Shown here piece after piece: positions 8,953 through 17,436 of a stretch of DNA of 17,436 nt (position 1 is the first letter of the stretch; every line of letters starts with the position of its first letter). The translations under genes and the position numbers were made by a program. Location of the stretch: positions 1 through 17,436 of the forward strand of contig NW_021824885.1 of the NCBI RefSeq assembly GCF_006345805.1, read 5' to 3'. Under the pieces are notes generated by a model. That model had not been told where the DNA came from, ran no database searches, and was given only the letters and a program-made list of their open reading frames with translations. This DNA comes from Octopus sinensis. Taxonomy: Eukaryota.

Positions 8953-9190
8953 GTAGGCGCATGGCTCATTGGTCAGAGCGTCGGGCTCACAATCATGAGG
9001 TAGTGAGTTCGATTCCCAGACAGGGCTATATGTTGTTTTCTTGAGCAAGACACTTTATTTCACTTTGATCCAGTTCACTCAGCTATAGAAATGAGTTGCG
9101 ACACCACTGGTGCCAAGCTGGATCTGCTTTTGCCTTTCCCTTGGACAACAGGATGACATGGCGAGAGGCTGGTATGCATGGGCGACTGCG
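8953..9190 (+). mobile_element. tRNA-derived SINE family B
   Basis: A-box-like TGGCTCATTGG, B-box GAGTTCGATTCC, then CTTGAGCAAGACACTTTATTTCAC...CACTCAGCT...AAATGAGTTG. Confidence 0.82.
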
Positions 9191-9628
9191 CCAGTGTTCC
9201 AAGTTCAAATCCAACTAATATTTTTCTTAACTTCAACAATCAAGTGAAATATACACCTGACCAGTACCGTACATTCTGGCAGTGGCTCAGTCAGTATCTG
9301 GTTCTCCTACAAACGCTGGCATTGGACCAAATTAAAACAAATCAATATTGAGGTAGCTAATGTAGTTAGCACCGGAGATTCAGAAATTAGCACCAGATGA
9401 ATGAAGCCACTGAATTCAATGGAAATAATTACTCAAGTTGTGTGAATGTGGACGGAATCTTAATATAAACAGACTTCTAATGGAGGAAAAAGGTTGGCAC
9501 GGGAGCAAGACCAGAACGAGACTAAGTTGCACGTGGTATGGTGAAAATGAATGGAAGAGATGTGGGAACAAATTCGAAAATAATGTAGTTAGCGTCTGTG
9601 GTTTATGTATATGGAGGACATGAGCAAA

Positions 9629-9699
9629 TGTGAGTGCATGCATGTGTGTGTGAGTGCATGCATGTGTGTGTGAGTGCATGCATGTGTGTGTGAGTGCAT
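9629..9699. repeat. 20-bp minisatellite (TGAGTGCATGCATGTGTGTG) x3.5
   Basis: Identical units at 9631, 9651 and 9671, partial unit at 9691. Confidence 0.95.
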
Positions 9700-9965
9700 A
9701 CGTTTGTACGTGTGTCTATTTTTCTAAGTAAATGCAAGCCAAGGGCGACAATGCTGTGATGTTTGCTGATTCTTCTAGACAAACGGATACTGCTGCTTGT
9801 TTGTTAAGTGAAGCGGTCTTCGTCCCAGTGGGAGAAGTCCGAAACGTGGTCCTTTGCTATTCGTAAGACCCGCCGAAGAGAAAGTAGGTCAACCCCCGAC
9901 ACCAAGAGCATCGACAGATGGATGAATGCGCATCCAGGCTCAGTGATTGCGTAGGAAGTCGGTGA

Positions 9966-10163
9966 CAAAAAACAGGAAGAAAGAGTGAGAGAAAGTTGGA
10001 GCGAAAGAGTACAACAGGGGTCGCCACCACTCCCCTGCCGGAGCCTCGTGGAGCTTTAGGTGTTTTCGTTCAATAAACACACACAACGCCCGGTCTGGGA
10101 ATTGAAACCGCGATCCTCCGACCGCGAGTCCGCTGCCCTAACCACTGGGCCATTGCGCCTCCA
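9966..10163 (-). mobile_element. tRNA-derived SINE family D, 5' ~200 nt joined to a different 3' sequence
   Basis: Reverse complement is about 92% identical (about 15 differences in about 198 nt by my count) to 10730-10927, then diverges abruptly. Confidence 0.9.
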
Positions 10164-10299
10164 GATATTACTGCTGTTGGGGTTGGACATCTGTAGGTCA
10201 ATGTCTGCAAGAAACACTTGAATAAAAGAGAAAATTTCTTATGACTAAAGATTTATAGGATAAATATTGAAATATAGCTGCTGTCATATTTTTCTGCTT

Positions 10300-11115
10300 T
10301 CTTTATTTGCTTGCCTGCTTTCCAAAGACTTGCACCATTCCTTCAGACTTCACCTTCAAACTATCAGCAGATGGTTTCAGCTTAAAGTTACCAACTTCAT
10401 GGCGACCAACATGTAGCGTTGGTTTGATTTAACTGTTTTATGTCCAGCTGAAATTTTCTTTTCAACTGATAAATATTTCCTTTCAGACAATTTCTTCTAA
10501 AATAAACCAATTACTATCAACATCAAACGTTTATTATGCCGTATACCTCTTTCTCTACACTATATATTTCTCCAGTCAAAATTTATGCAAATGTACCTTT
10601 TCTTGGAATTTTGAAAGCATTTTCAAGCCAATAATCAGATTCTCTTTCTTAAGTGCTCTTGAAAGACTTTCTCTGAGTTAAAGTAAGACATACTGGAGAA
10701 TTTTTCTTTGTCGGCAATCTGTACCTTTGTGGAGGCGCAATGGCCCAGTGGTTAGGGCAGCGGACTCGCGGTCGGAGGATCGCAGTTTCGATTCCCAGAC
10801 TGGGTGTTGTGTGTGTTTATTGAGTGAAAACACCTAAAGCTCCACGAGGCTCCGGCAGGGGGGGGGGGCGACCCCTGTTGTACTCCTTCGCCCCCAACTT
10901 TCTTTCACTCTTTCTTCCTGTTTCTTGACTAACGCTGCGATGGACTGGCGTCCCGTCCAGCTGCGGGGAAAACATACGCCACAGAAACCGGGAAACCGGG
11001 CCCATGAGCCTGGCTAGGCTTGAAAAGGGCGCATAAATAAAAAATCTGTACATTTAATAAATTCTCCGATGCCTTGTCTTTGTTGCTTTTTTAGCTACAT
11101 CCTCCATCACGTTTG
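10300..11115 (-). mobile_element. Possible decayed non-LTR retrotransposon region downstream of the RT domain, interrupted by the SINE at 10729-11042
   Basis: Minus strand reads KRDGG...LLNVQI (frame restored once the SINE and one TSD are removed)...YFNS, and later SLKVKSEGMVQVFGKQA. This is loosely like LPRKxGGRGL...QI...YF and LKxETEGxIxAAQxQA of R4/Dong-type elements. Many stops. Confidence 0.35.
10729..11042 (+). mobile_element. tRNA-derived SINE family D, full length with target-site duplication
   Basis: A-box TGGCCCAGTGG, B-box GTTTCGATTCC, tail GCTGCGATGGACTGGCGTCCCGTCCAG...CAGAAACCGG, A-rich end. TSD AATCTGTAC(C/A)TTT at 10716-10728 and 11043-11055. Confidence 0.92.
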
Positions 11116-11137
11116 TGTTATTTGTTTTTATCAATAA

Positions 11138-11504
11138 CTAGCAATATCGCCCGGCGTTGCTCGGGTTTGTTTCGACTCTTTAGAATTGGAATTTTTGAAA
11201 AGTAAAAATTTTGCATTATGTAGTGAACATTTTTCTGGTTGAAATACACCGAAAAATGGCAGTCAAAATATCGTAAAAAACAGGGATTTTCATAGAAAAA
11301 AAGCACCTTTTTGATGTAAATAAATTTTGGTGTTAACATGGTCCGATTTGAATTTTTTCTTCTACAGAATGAAGAGAAAGCCTTCTTCTATCATACTCTC
11401 AATTTTGGTCAACTTGCAACGCAGAGTCTCGGAGGAAATAGTGTTAGTTGAAGGCCACCAAACCTGCCATACACTGAAGACAACTTCAGCTTTATATATA
11501 TAGA
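11138..11504 (-). mobile_element. Non-autonomous Helitron (367 bp)
   Basis: The minus strand starts TC(TATATATATAAAG) and ends CTAG|T. The subterminal GC hairpin CCCGAGCAACGCCGGG (11150-11165) lies about 8 nt before CTAG, and no TSD is seen. These are canonical Helitron termini, although the 5' flank is C rather than A. Confidence 0.78.
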
Positions 11505-12510
11505 GGTAATCGAAGACGCAGTTCATTTCCTCGTGCTCAAAGCTTCGCCAATTAAAAACTAAAATTGGTCGACTTCTGAACGGTTATTGATATCTGCTTT
11601 TAATTTTATTATACTAATTTTATAAGGCCTCCATTCGATATACGAAGCCATCACTGAAATGAGCATTATCACTTTTATATCTTAAGCTCATTTTTATTAG
11701 GGTAATATGTAAAAAGAAAAATCCCCCAAACTATGAAAGTCTTCAAAGCTGCTTTTGTGTAATGGTGCCATGCAGTAAATTACTGTCACTGAATTAATTG
11801 TTTGCAAATATGAGTTGAAATTTTTCTACAGAAATATAGGACTTACTCATTGATTTCCATCTGCAGAGATAGTACTCCATTTACGTAGATGATCTTGCGT
11901 TTATTTAATCTTCGTCAATAAACGATTTTATTGCAGCCAGTACAAAGGCAATGTTTACACACAACAATATATAATTATATTTATTCAGGAATCTTATGAT
12001 GCTGCGGTCCATAAAAATTGGTAAAAGCATAAATTTCTTAGGTTTGATGCAGCTCAATAAAATCTGTACGATTAGCCGAAATTTTTAAGATACAGAAATT
12101 GAATTAGAGAAATCATTTAACAGAGTCCGAAAGACTGAGAAGTACGAAAGACGAAAGCTCTAATTTAAAGGACCGGCCGTTAATTACGCATCAGAAAATG
12201 CAGCTGTCAGTGATACCAACTACTCCTTGTTTCATCTCTTCTTACAATTCACACACCTTTTAATGCTCTCACATATTTTCCCACCTGTCTGCTGCCAGTA
12301 AAGCGTGACGCATAAAACACCTCAGTCTGTCATTCACAATAAGGTTACTTCTTCTACTGACCTTCACTCATTCTTTGCTTGACTTTTCACGGCTTCCTCC
12401 TAATACACTACGTCCTTAGCGCAACAGCGAGTAACTACACAAACAAACTATCGTTTGTGGATATGAATGTGTGCATGTTTGCGCGCTAACTATACTATAT
12501 ATATAGTAAA

Positions 12511-12560
12511 GTATAGTAAAATATACTATAGTATAGTATAGTAAAATATACTATAGTATA
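12511..12560. repeat. Exact 25-bp tandem duplication inside a (TATAG)n tract
   Basis: GTATAGTAAAATATACTATAGTATA at 12511-12535 and 12536-12560. Confidence 0.9.
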
Positions 12561-12751
12561 GTATAGTATATGATATAATACTATCAATAAAAAAGAGTAC
12601 AGTGTGCTTGTGGGGAGAGGAACATCTGACGTTTCAACAGACGCCTTCTTCAAGAAGTTAAAAAGGAGAATTGAAGCGACAAAGTTTTATGTTCTATATG
12701 CAAATTTATGCATCTACGTATGTATGTATGCATGTATGTACGTAAAGGGTG

Positions 12752-13121
12752 CATACATACATGCATACATACATACATACATACATACATACATACATAC
12801 ATACATACATACAAACATACATACATACATGCATACATACATACATGCATACATACATACATGCATACATACATACATACATACATACATACATGCATGC
12901 ATACATACATACATACATACATGCATACATACATACATGCATACATACATACATACATACATACATACATGCATGCATACATACATACATACATACATGC
13001 ATACATATAGACATACATACATACATACATACATTCATACATACACACACACATACGAACATGCATACATACATACATACATACATAGATACATACATAC
13101 ATACATACATACATACATACA

Positions 13122-13150
<29 letters not shown>
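12752..13150. repeat. About 400-bp (CATA)n tetranucleotide array with CATG variants
   Basis: Read directly from the sequence; explains all HTYI/MYVC ORFs. Confidence 0.97.
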
Positions 13151-13157
<7 letters not shown>

Positions 13158-13160
13158 TAT

Positions 13161-13296
13161 TATTTTACTTGTTTTAGTCATTTGACTGCGGCCATGCTAA
13201 AGCACTGCCTTTAGTCGAACAAATCGACCCCAGGACTTTAGAACTTATTCTTTGTTAGCTAGTACTTATTCTATCGGTCTCTTTCTGCCGAACCGC
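13161..13296 (-). mobile_element. SINE family A, 3' part
   Basis: Reverse complement GCGGTTCGGCAGAAAGAGACCGATAGAATAAGTACTAG...CCTGGGGTCGATTTGTTCGACTAAAGGC...GCATGGCCGCAGTCAAATGACTAAAACAAGTAAAA matches 15123-15210. Confidence 0.88.
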
Positions 13297-13299
13297 AGA

Positions 13300-13672
13300 A
13301 ATGATACCCAGGTACTTATATCCTTCCTCTCCGACTTCCTTCATAGTTTCGCCACATTCCCGCTTGATCCCATGGCTTTTACTTAATCATTACACTTCAT
13401 TTCTCGATCCCAAATTCCATGCCAATATCTTTGCTAATCATCTGCACAGTTGCTGTCAAACTCTCAGTCTTAGCGAATTGCTTTAGGTCATCCATAAACC
13501 ACAAGTTGTTTACTTTCACCCTGCCTAGCATGTACCCCACACGCATCTTTCGTAAAACGTTCGTTAGTGGCAGTATACAGACAACAAATAGGAGAGGCGA
13601 CAGACTGTGCCCTTGAAAAATTCCTCGTTTTATATTTACTTCCCCCAACTTATCTCCCCACGTGGCGAGTTC
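13300..13672 (-). pseudogene. Non-LTR retrotransposon reverse transcriptase core fragment (most like R4/Dong-type; clade inferred)
   Basis: ELATWGDKLGEVNIKRGIFQGHSLSPLLFVVCILPL...VNNLWFMDDLKQFAK...ISKDIGMEFGIEK*...GETMKEVGEEGYKYLGII contains the RT motifs QGxxLSP, (Y/F)xDD and YKYLG. It has in-frame stops and is truncated at both ends. Confidence 0.9.
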
Positions 13673-13674
<2 letters not shown>

Positions 13675-13715
<41 letters not shown>

Positions 13716-13731
13716 ATATATATATGATATA

Positions 13732-13763
<32 letters not shown>

Positions 13764-13772
13764 TATATAATA

Positions 13773-13810
<38 letters not shown>

Positions 13811-13820
13811 TTATATATAC
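13675..13820. repeat. (TA)n-rich microsatellite
   Basis: Read directly from the sequence. Confidence 0.9.
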
Positions 13821-13887
13821 TCTTACAAGTAAACATTGATACACGTTCATATGTATGTATATACACCTACAACACACACATATATAT

Positions 13888-13923
<36 letters not shown>

Positions 13924-13990
13924 TACAAGTAAACATTGATACACGTTCATATGTATGTATATACACCTACAACACACACACATATAGATA

Positions 13991-14023
<33 letters not shown>

Positions 14024-14128
14024 ATATATATATTATATCATATATATTATATATATTAGATATGTGTGTGGGTTGTGTGTAGGTGTATATACATACATAT
14101 GACGTGTACAATGTTTACTTTTAAGAGT
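13819..14128. repeat. ~62-bp unique unit present twice in tandem (period 100) and once inverted
   Basis: CTCTTACAAGTAAACATTGATACACGTTCATATGTATGTATATACACCTACAACACACACA at 13820 and 13920. The inverted copy with small indels is at 14061-14128. Confidence 0.92.
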
Positions 14129-14294
14129 ATATATATATATATATACGTGAACACACACACGCACACACATACACACGCATGCATATACACACACGCGCGC
14201 ACACATAGCTGTGCGTGCATAAATATATTAAGTAAATGTACTTGATGTGAGTTTATGCATCACCTGTGACTTTGCGTGTTTGCATGCGTTTCTT

Positions 14295-14340
<46 letters not shown>

Positions 14341-14849
14341 CCCGTGTGTATCTTTACACTTATATGCATGGCTTTGTGAGAGAGAACGGGAGTTGGAAAG
14401 AGATGTCGGGAGGATGCATCTATCTTGTTAACCTTTTCTTAGACGCCAAAATGCTTGTAGAGGTATTAAGGTGTGTATATTTGACACAAAGATGCCGCAG
14501 GCGGGCAACCACTTCAGTTAACAGACACACAGACAGACAGATAAACGGACCTGCAGTCAGGCAAGCAGGTCTTAGAAGAAGAAGACAACCTTCATATAAA
14601 ACACGAAATGTTTACGCATACACATACATCGTGAGCACAGCAACGAATATCATAAGAAACACGTTACACATACACACACACACACAGATGTACATGACAT
14701 ACACAAGTCCGCATACATTCACACGGACACACACGTGCAAACACACAGACATACATGTCACTCCCACGCATCAGTATAAACACATAAGCACAGGGTGCGT
14801 ACACAAGCACTTGCAAATCTTGCAAATCTTGCATGTGTATATATATATA

Positions 14850-15219
14850 GGCGCAGGAGTGGCTGTGTGGTAAGTAGCTTGCTAACCAACCACACGGTTG
14901 CGGGTTCAGTCCCACTGCGTGGCATCTTGGGCAAGTGTCTTCTCTGCTATAGCCCCGGGCCGACCAATGCCTTTGAGTGGATTTGGTAGACGGAAAACTG
15001 AAAGAACGACCCGTCGTATATATATGTTAGTATATATATGTATGCGTGTGTTTGTGTGTCTGTGTTTGTCCCCTAGCATTGCTTGACAACCGATGCTGGT
15101 GTGTTTAGGTCCCCGTCACTTAGCGGTTCGGCAAAAAAGAGACCGATAGAATAAGTACTAAAAGGTGGTGCTCCAGCATGGCCGCAGTCAAATGACTGAA
15201 ACAAGTAAAAGAGTAAAAG
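14850..15219 (+). mobile_element. tRNA-derived SINE family A, near full length with an internal deletion
   Basis: GGCGCAGGAGTGGCTGTGTGGTAAG head, GGGTTCAGTCCC B-box, body, internal TA/TG tract and (GTAAAAGA)n tail. It lacks about 47 nt present in the 13161-13296 copy. Confidence 0.92.
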
Positions 15220-15289
15220 AGAGAGCGAGTATATCGTATATACACATAGACATATTGTTAACAGACATGTCGTTAACAGACGCGTACAT

Positions 15290-15751
15290 ACACCAACGCA
15301 GTTGTATGTATATATATATATATGTGTGTGTGTGCGTGTGTGTGTGTGTGTCTGTGTATAGACACACACGCACACATATAAACAAAAGTTAACCGACACA
15401 ACGCACACATGTACCCACGCAGTCGCGCACACAAAAATCAACAGACATACACATGCACACACACACACACATGTATAAGCATATATTTGTATATATATAT
15501 TCATATAAATATATATATGCAGACATATACGTATATACATATATATAAGTATATAACCGACAGACAGACACACAGATAGATAGATAGATAGATAGATAGC
15601 TATGTTGATATATTACTAATATATATATTATATGCATGTACATGTATACATGTAGACGTATATGTATATACACCACACAACACACACACATATATATATA
15701 TGTGTGGTATATGTATATTATATATATATATTATTATATTGTATATAATAC

Positions 15752-15796
<45 letters not shown>

Positions 15797-16030
15797 TATA
15801 TATATATAATATATATATATATATCTAGTACGCGCATGCACACACACAGATCGATAGTAACGTACGGCACACAGCACAGCACACCTTATGTCAAGACGTA
15901 CACCTGTGCGAATCAAGCAGACGTACGTATCTCCTCATATTCACAACTCGCAGACAGAAGTCAAAAGACATACATACCTACGTCTATACACAAAGAGAGG
16001 GAACGAGCGAGAAAAAGAGAGAGAGCACGC

Positions 16031-16063
<33 letters not shown>

Positions 16064-16095
16064 TCAAAAGAGACACACACACGCACGCGCACATA
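15290..16095. repeat. Mosaic low-complexity region: (TA)n, (TG/CA)n, (GATA)n, (GA)n
   Basis: Read directly from the sequence. Confidence 0.8.
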
Positions 16096-16461
16096 CACAG
16101 ACTCACTGCTAGAAACGTTGAGCAACTGATATATGTGAACTTCGAGGTAGGTAGCTTAACCTTTTATGGAATGGAAAGACGAGGCCACGGCATACCAGGC
16201 AGACAGCAGTGGAGTTTCAAGTTTGTGTTTCTTCTTAATTTACTTTATTTTTTTTCTCATTTGGGTTGGTTTTGTTTCGTGAATTATAGGGCAGTTTATC
16301 AGTAGCCTACATCGTAAATGTAAACGGATCCTCGTCGTATTCGACAACTTGTTCCTCCTGTACTACGATCAACTGACTGAACCATGACCTTCACACTGAA
16401 TTACATAATCTGTGTAGATAATATTAACCTTGACATTTGTGCCCTTATTCAGAGAGATCAA

Positions 16462-17365
16462 ATTCTGGATAATACCCATCGTCTCATCTGCAAGTCAATT
16501 GATTTGCCATTGATCAACATTGATCCGTTACTTCTTAATCCGTCATTTCGGTACAACCCCTTCCCTCGGAGTTGACATCGGATCAGCTTTAACATCATGT
16601 ATGTAACCCAGCTCGAGAGACAGGAATGTTTACCGTAGAACTTGTTTGGAATAGAACACGTGACACTGGTTCTGAAACATGGTCCAATTATATCGTCGTA
16701 GATCACGAATCAGTAAAAATTATTGTAATTTAGTGTCTGGAAATGACCCCTAGTCAAATCGCGGCCATTGCAGCTACGTAGTACTAATGGTTAATTTTGT
16801 TGAACGCTTTCTATCGCTTTTCATTCGTCTAATCCAATTCTATCCAAGGTTTATTGCAACAGATTAGAGTCGCCTTGATTAACTCCAATTTGGACCGAAC
16901 CGATGGCGCCAACAAAACAAGAACTGCCATGACTCATATGTTTAACCTCGGCTTTCACTATTCTGGATAATACCCATATTCTCATCTTTATTTGGCATTG
17001 CTTTGCCGCTGATCCTTTACTTCTTATTCAGTCAATTCGATACAGCCTCTTCCCTCGGAGATGACACCAGATAATTGACATATCTTCTTGGTTCCCAGCT
17101 CGAGAGACAGAAAAGGTTACCATATTACCTGTTTGTAACAGAAAGTGTGGTACTGTTTGCAGCTACAGGGTACTACTTGTTGATTTTGTCGAACGCTTTC
17201 GATTGTTTTTCGTTTCTCTTAATCCAATTCTGCAAAATTTGAAACCCGTATCTAAGGTTTATTGCACCAGATTAAACTCGCCTTCAGTAACTCCAATTTG
17301 CGCTGAACAGATGGTGCTGACTAAAACAAGAACCAATATGGTCCATATATTTAACATTAGCTTTA
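16462..17365. repeat. Diverged tandem duplication: unit A 498 bp (16462-16959), unit B about 410 bp with an internal deletion
   Basis: Shared anchors ATTCTGGATAATACCCAT (16462/16960), CTTCCCTCGGAG, CCCAGCTCGAGAGACAG, TGCAGCTAC, AAGGTTTATTGCA, AACTCCAATTTG, AAAACAAGAAC, TTTAAC..GCTTT (16941/17350). Confidence 0.92.
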
Positions 17366-17436
17366 ACAGTTTCAGAACAGAACTATTCTAATTCGTTCCT
17401 ACCACTGGTTTATAAGTTTGAAAATAACATCAATGA

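Noticed and set aside
9629-9699. Clustered UGCAUG (Rbfox-type) motifs in the 20-bp minisatellite
   Set aside because: TGCATG arises readily in TG/CA-rich repeats throughout this window, and there is no nearby supported exon to regulate.
9820-9856. GAG...CGAAAC..GTC hammerhead-like 3' half
   Set aside because: The upstream CUGANGA core is absent (CAGTGGGA) and stem I cannot form.
10731-10800. tRNA gene call for the SINE heads (also 8955, 10090-10162, 14850)
   Set aside because: A and B boxes are present but the acceptor stem does not close, and each continues into a SINE body, one with a TSD. These are tRNA-derived SINEs, not tRNAs.
9629-14128. CRISPR-like or phage-related arrays
   Set aside because: The context is eukaryotic, and the repeats are head-to-tail or microsatellite-spaced, with no unique fixed-length spacers or cas-like ORFs.
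393-16129. Most ORFs in the supplied track (YIYI, HTHT, VCVC, YLSI, MYVC, RERE repeats)
   Set aside because: They are translations of di- and tetranucleotide microsatellites, which lack stops by construction.
16458-16706. Alternative genetic code or EGF/cadherin-like reading of the minus strand (e.g. TCR*DDGYYPE with stops shared by both units)
   Set aside because: Substitution patterns do not consistently favour that frame, motif spacing does not fit cadherin or EGF domains, and shared stops are more simply explained by duplication of non-coding or already dead sequence in an animal nuclear genome.

Overview
This is AT-rich eukaryotic non-coding DNA dense in microsatellites ((TA)n, (CA/TG)n, (GATA)n, (CATA)n, (GA)n). 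The SINE families look like those I recall from octopus genomes, so the host is probably an octopod cephalopod; that is an inference and no search was run. I find no intact protein-coding gene, and almost every ORF in the track is a translated microsatellite. Real coding remnants are all decayed transposable elements: a mariner transposase split into two oppositely oriented pieces (2595-3241), an RTE-type LINE 3' end interrupted by a TTAA-ended MITE (6455-7112), and a non-LTR reverse transcriptase core (13300-13672). About a dozen tRNA-derived SINE copies from four families and one clear non-autonomous Helitron (11138-11504) fill much of the rest. The most interesting features are: (1) a 140-nt near-perfect palindrome (4337-4476) whose two arms each carry a minimal type I hammerhead ribozyme motif on opposite strands, as known for Penelope-like elements; (2) an unexplained, diverged ~500-bp tandem duplication at the right end that may be decayed coding sequence; (3) the inverted mariner with a 35-nt inverted duplication; and (4) an inverted, ~92% identical SINE pair that could form dsRNA. 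I cannot support a wholly new biological system from this sequence alone.
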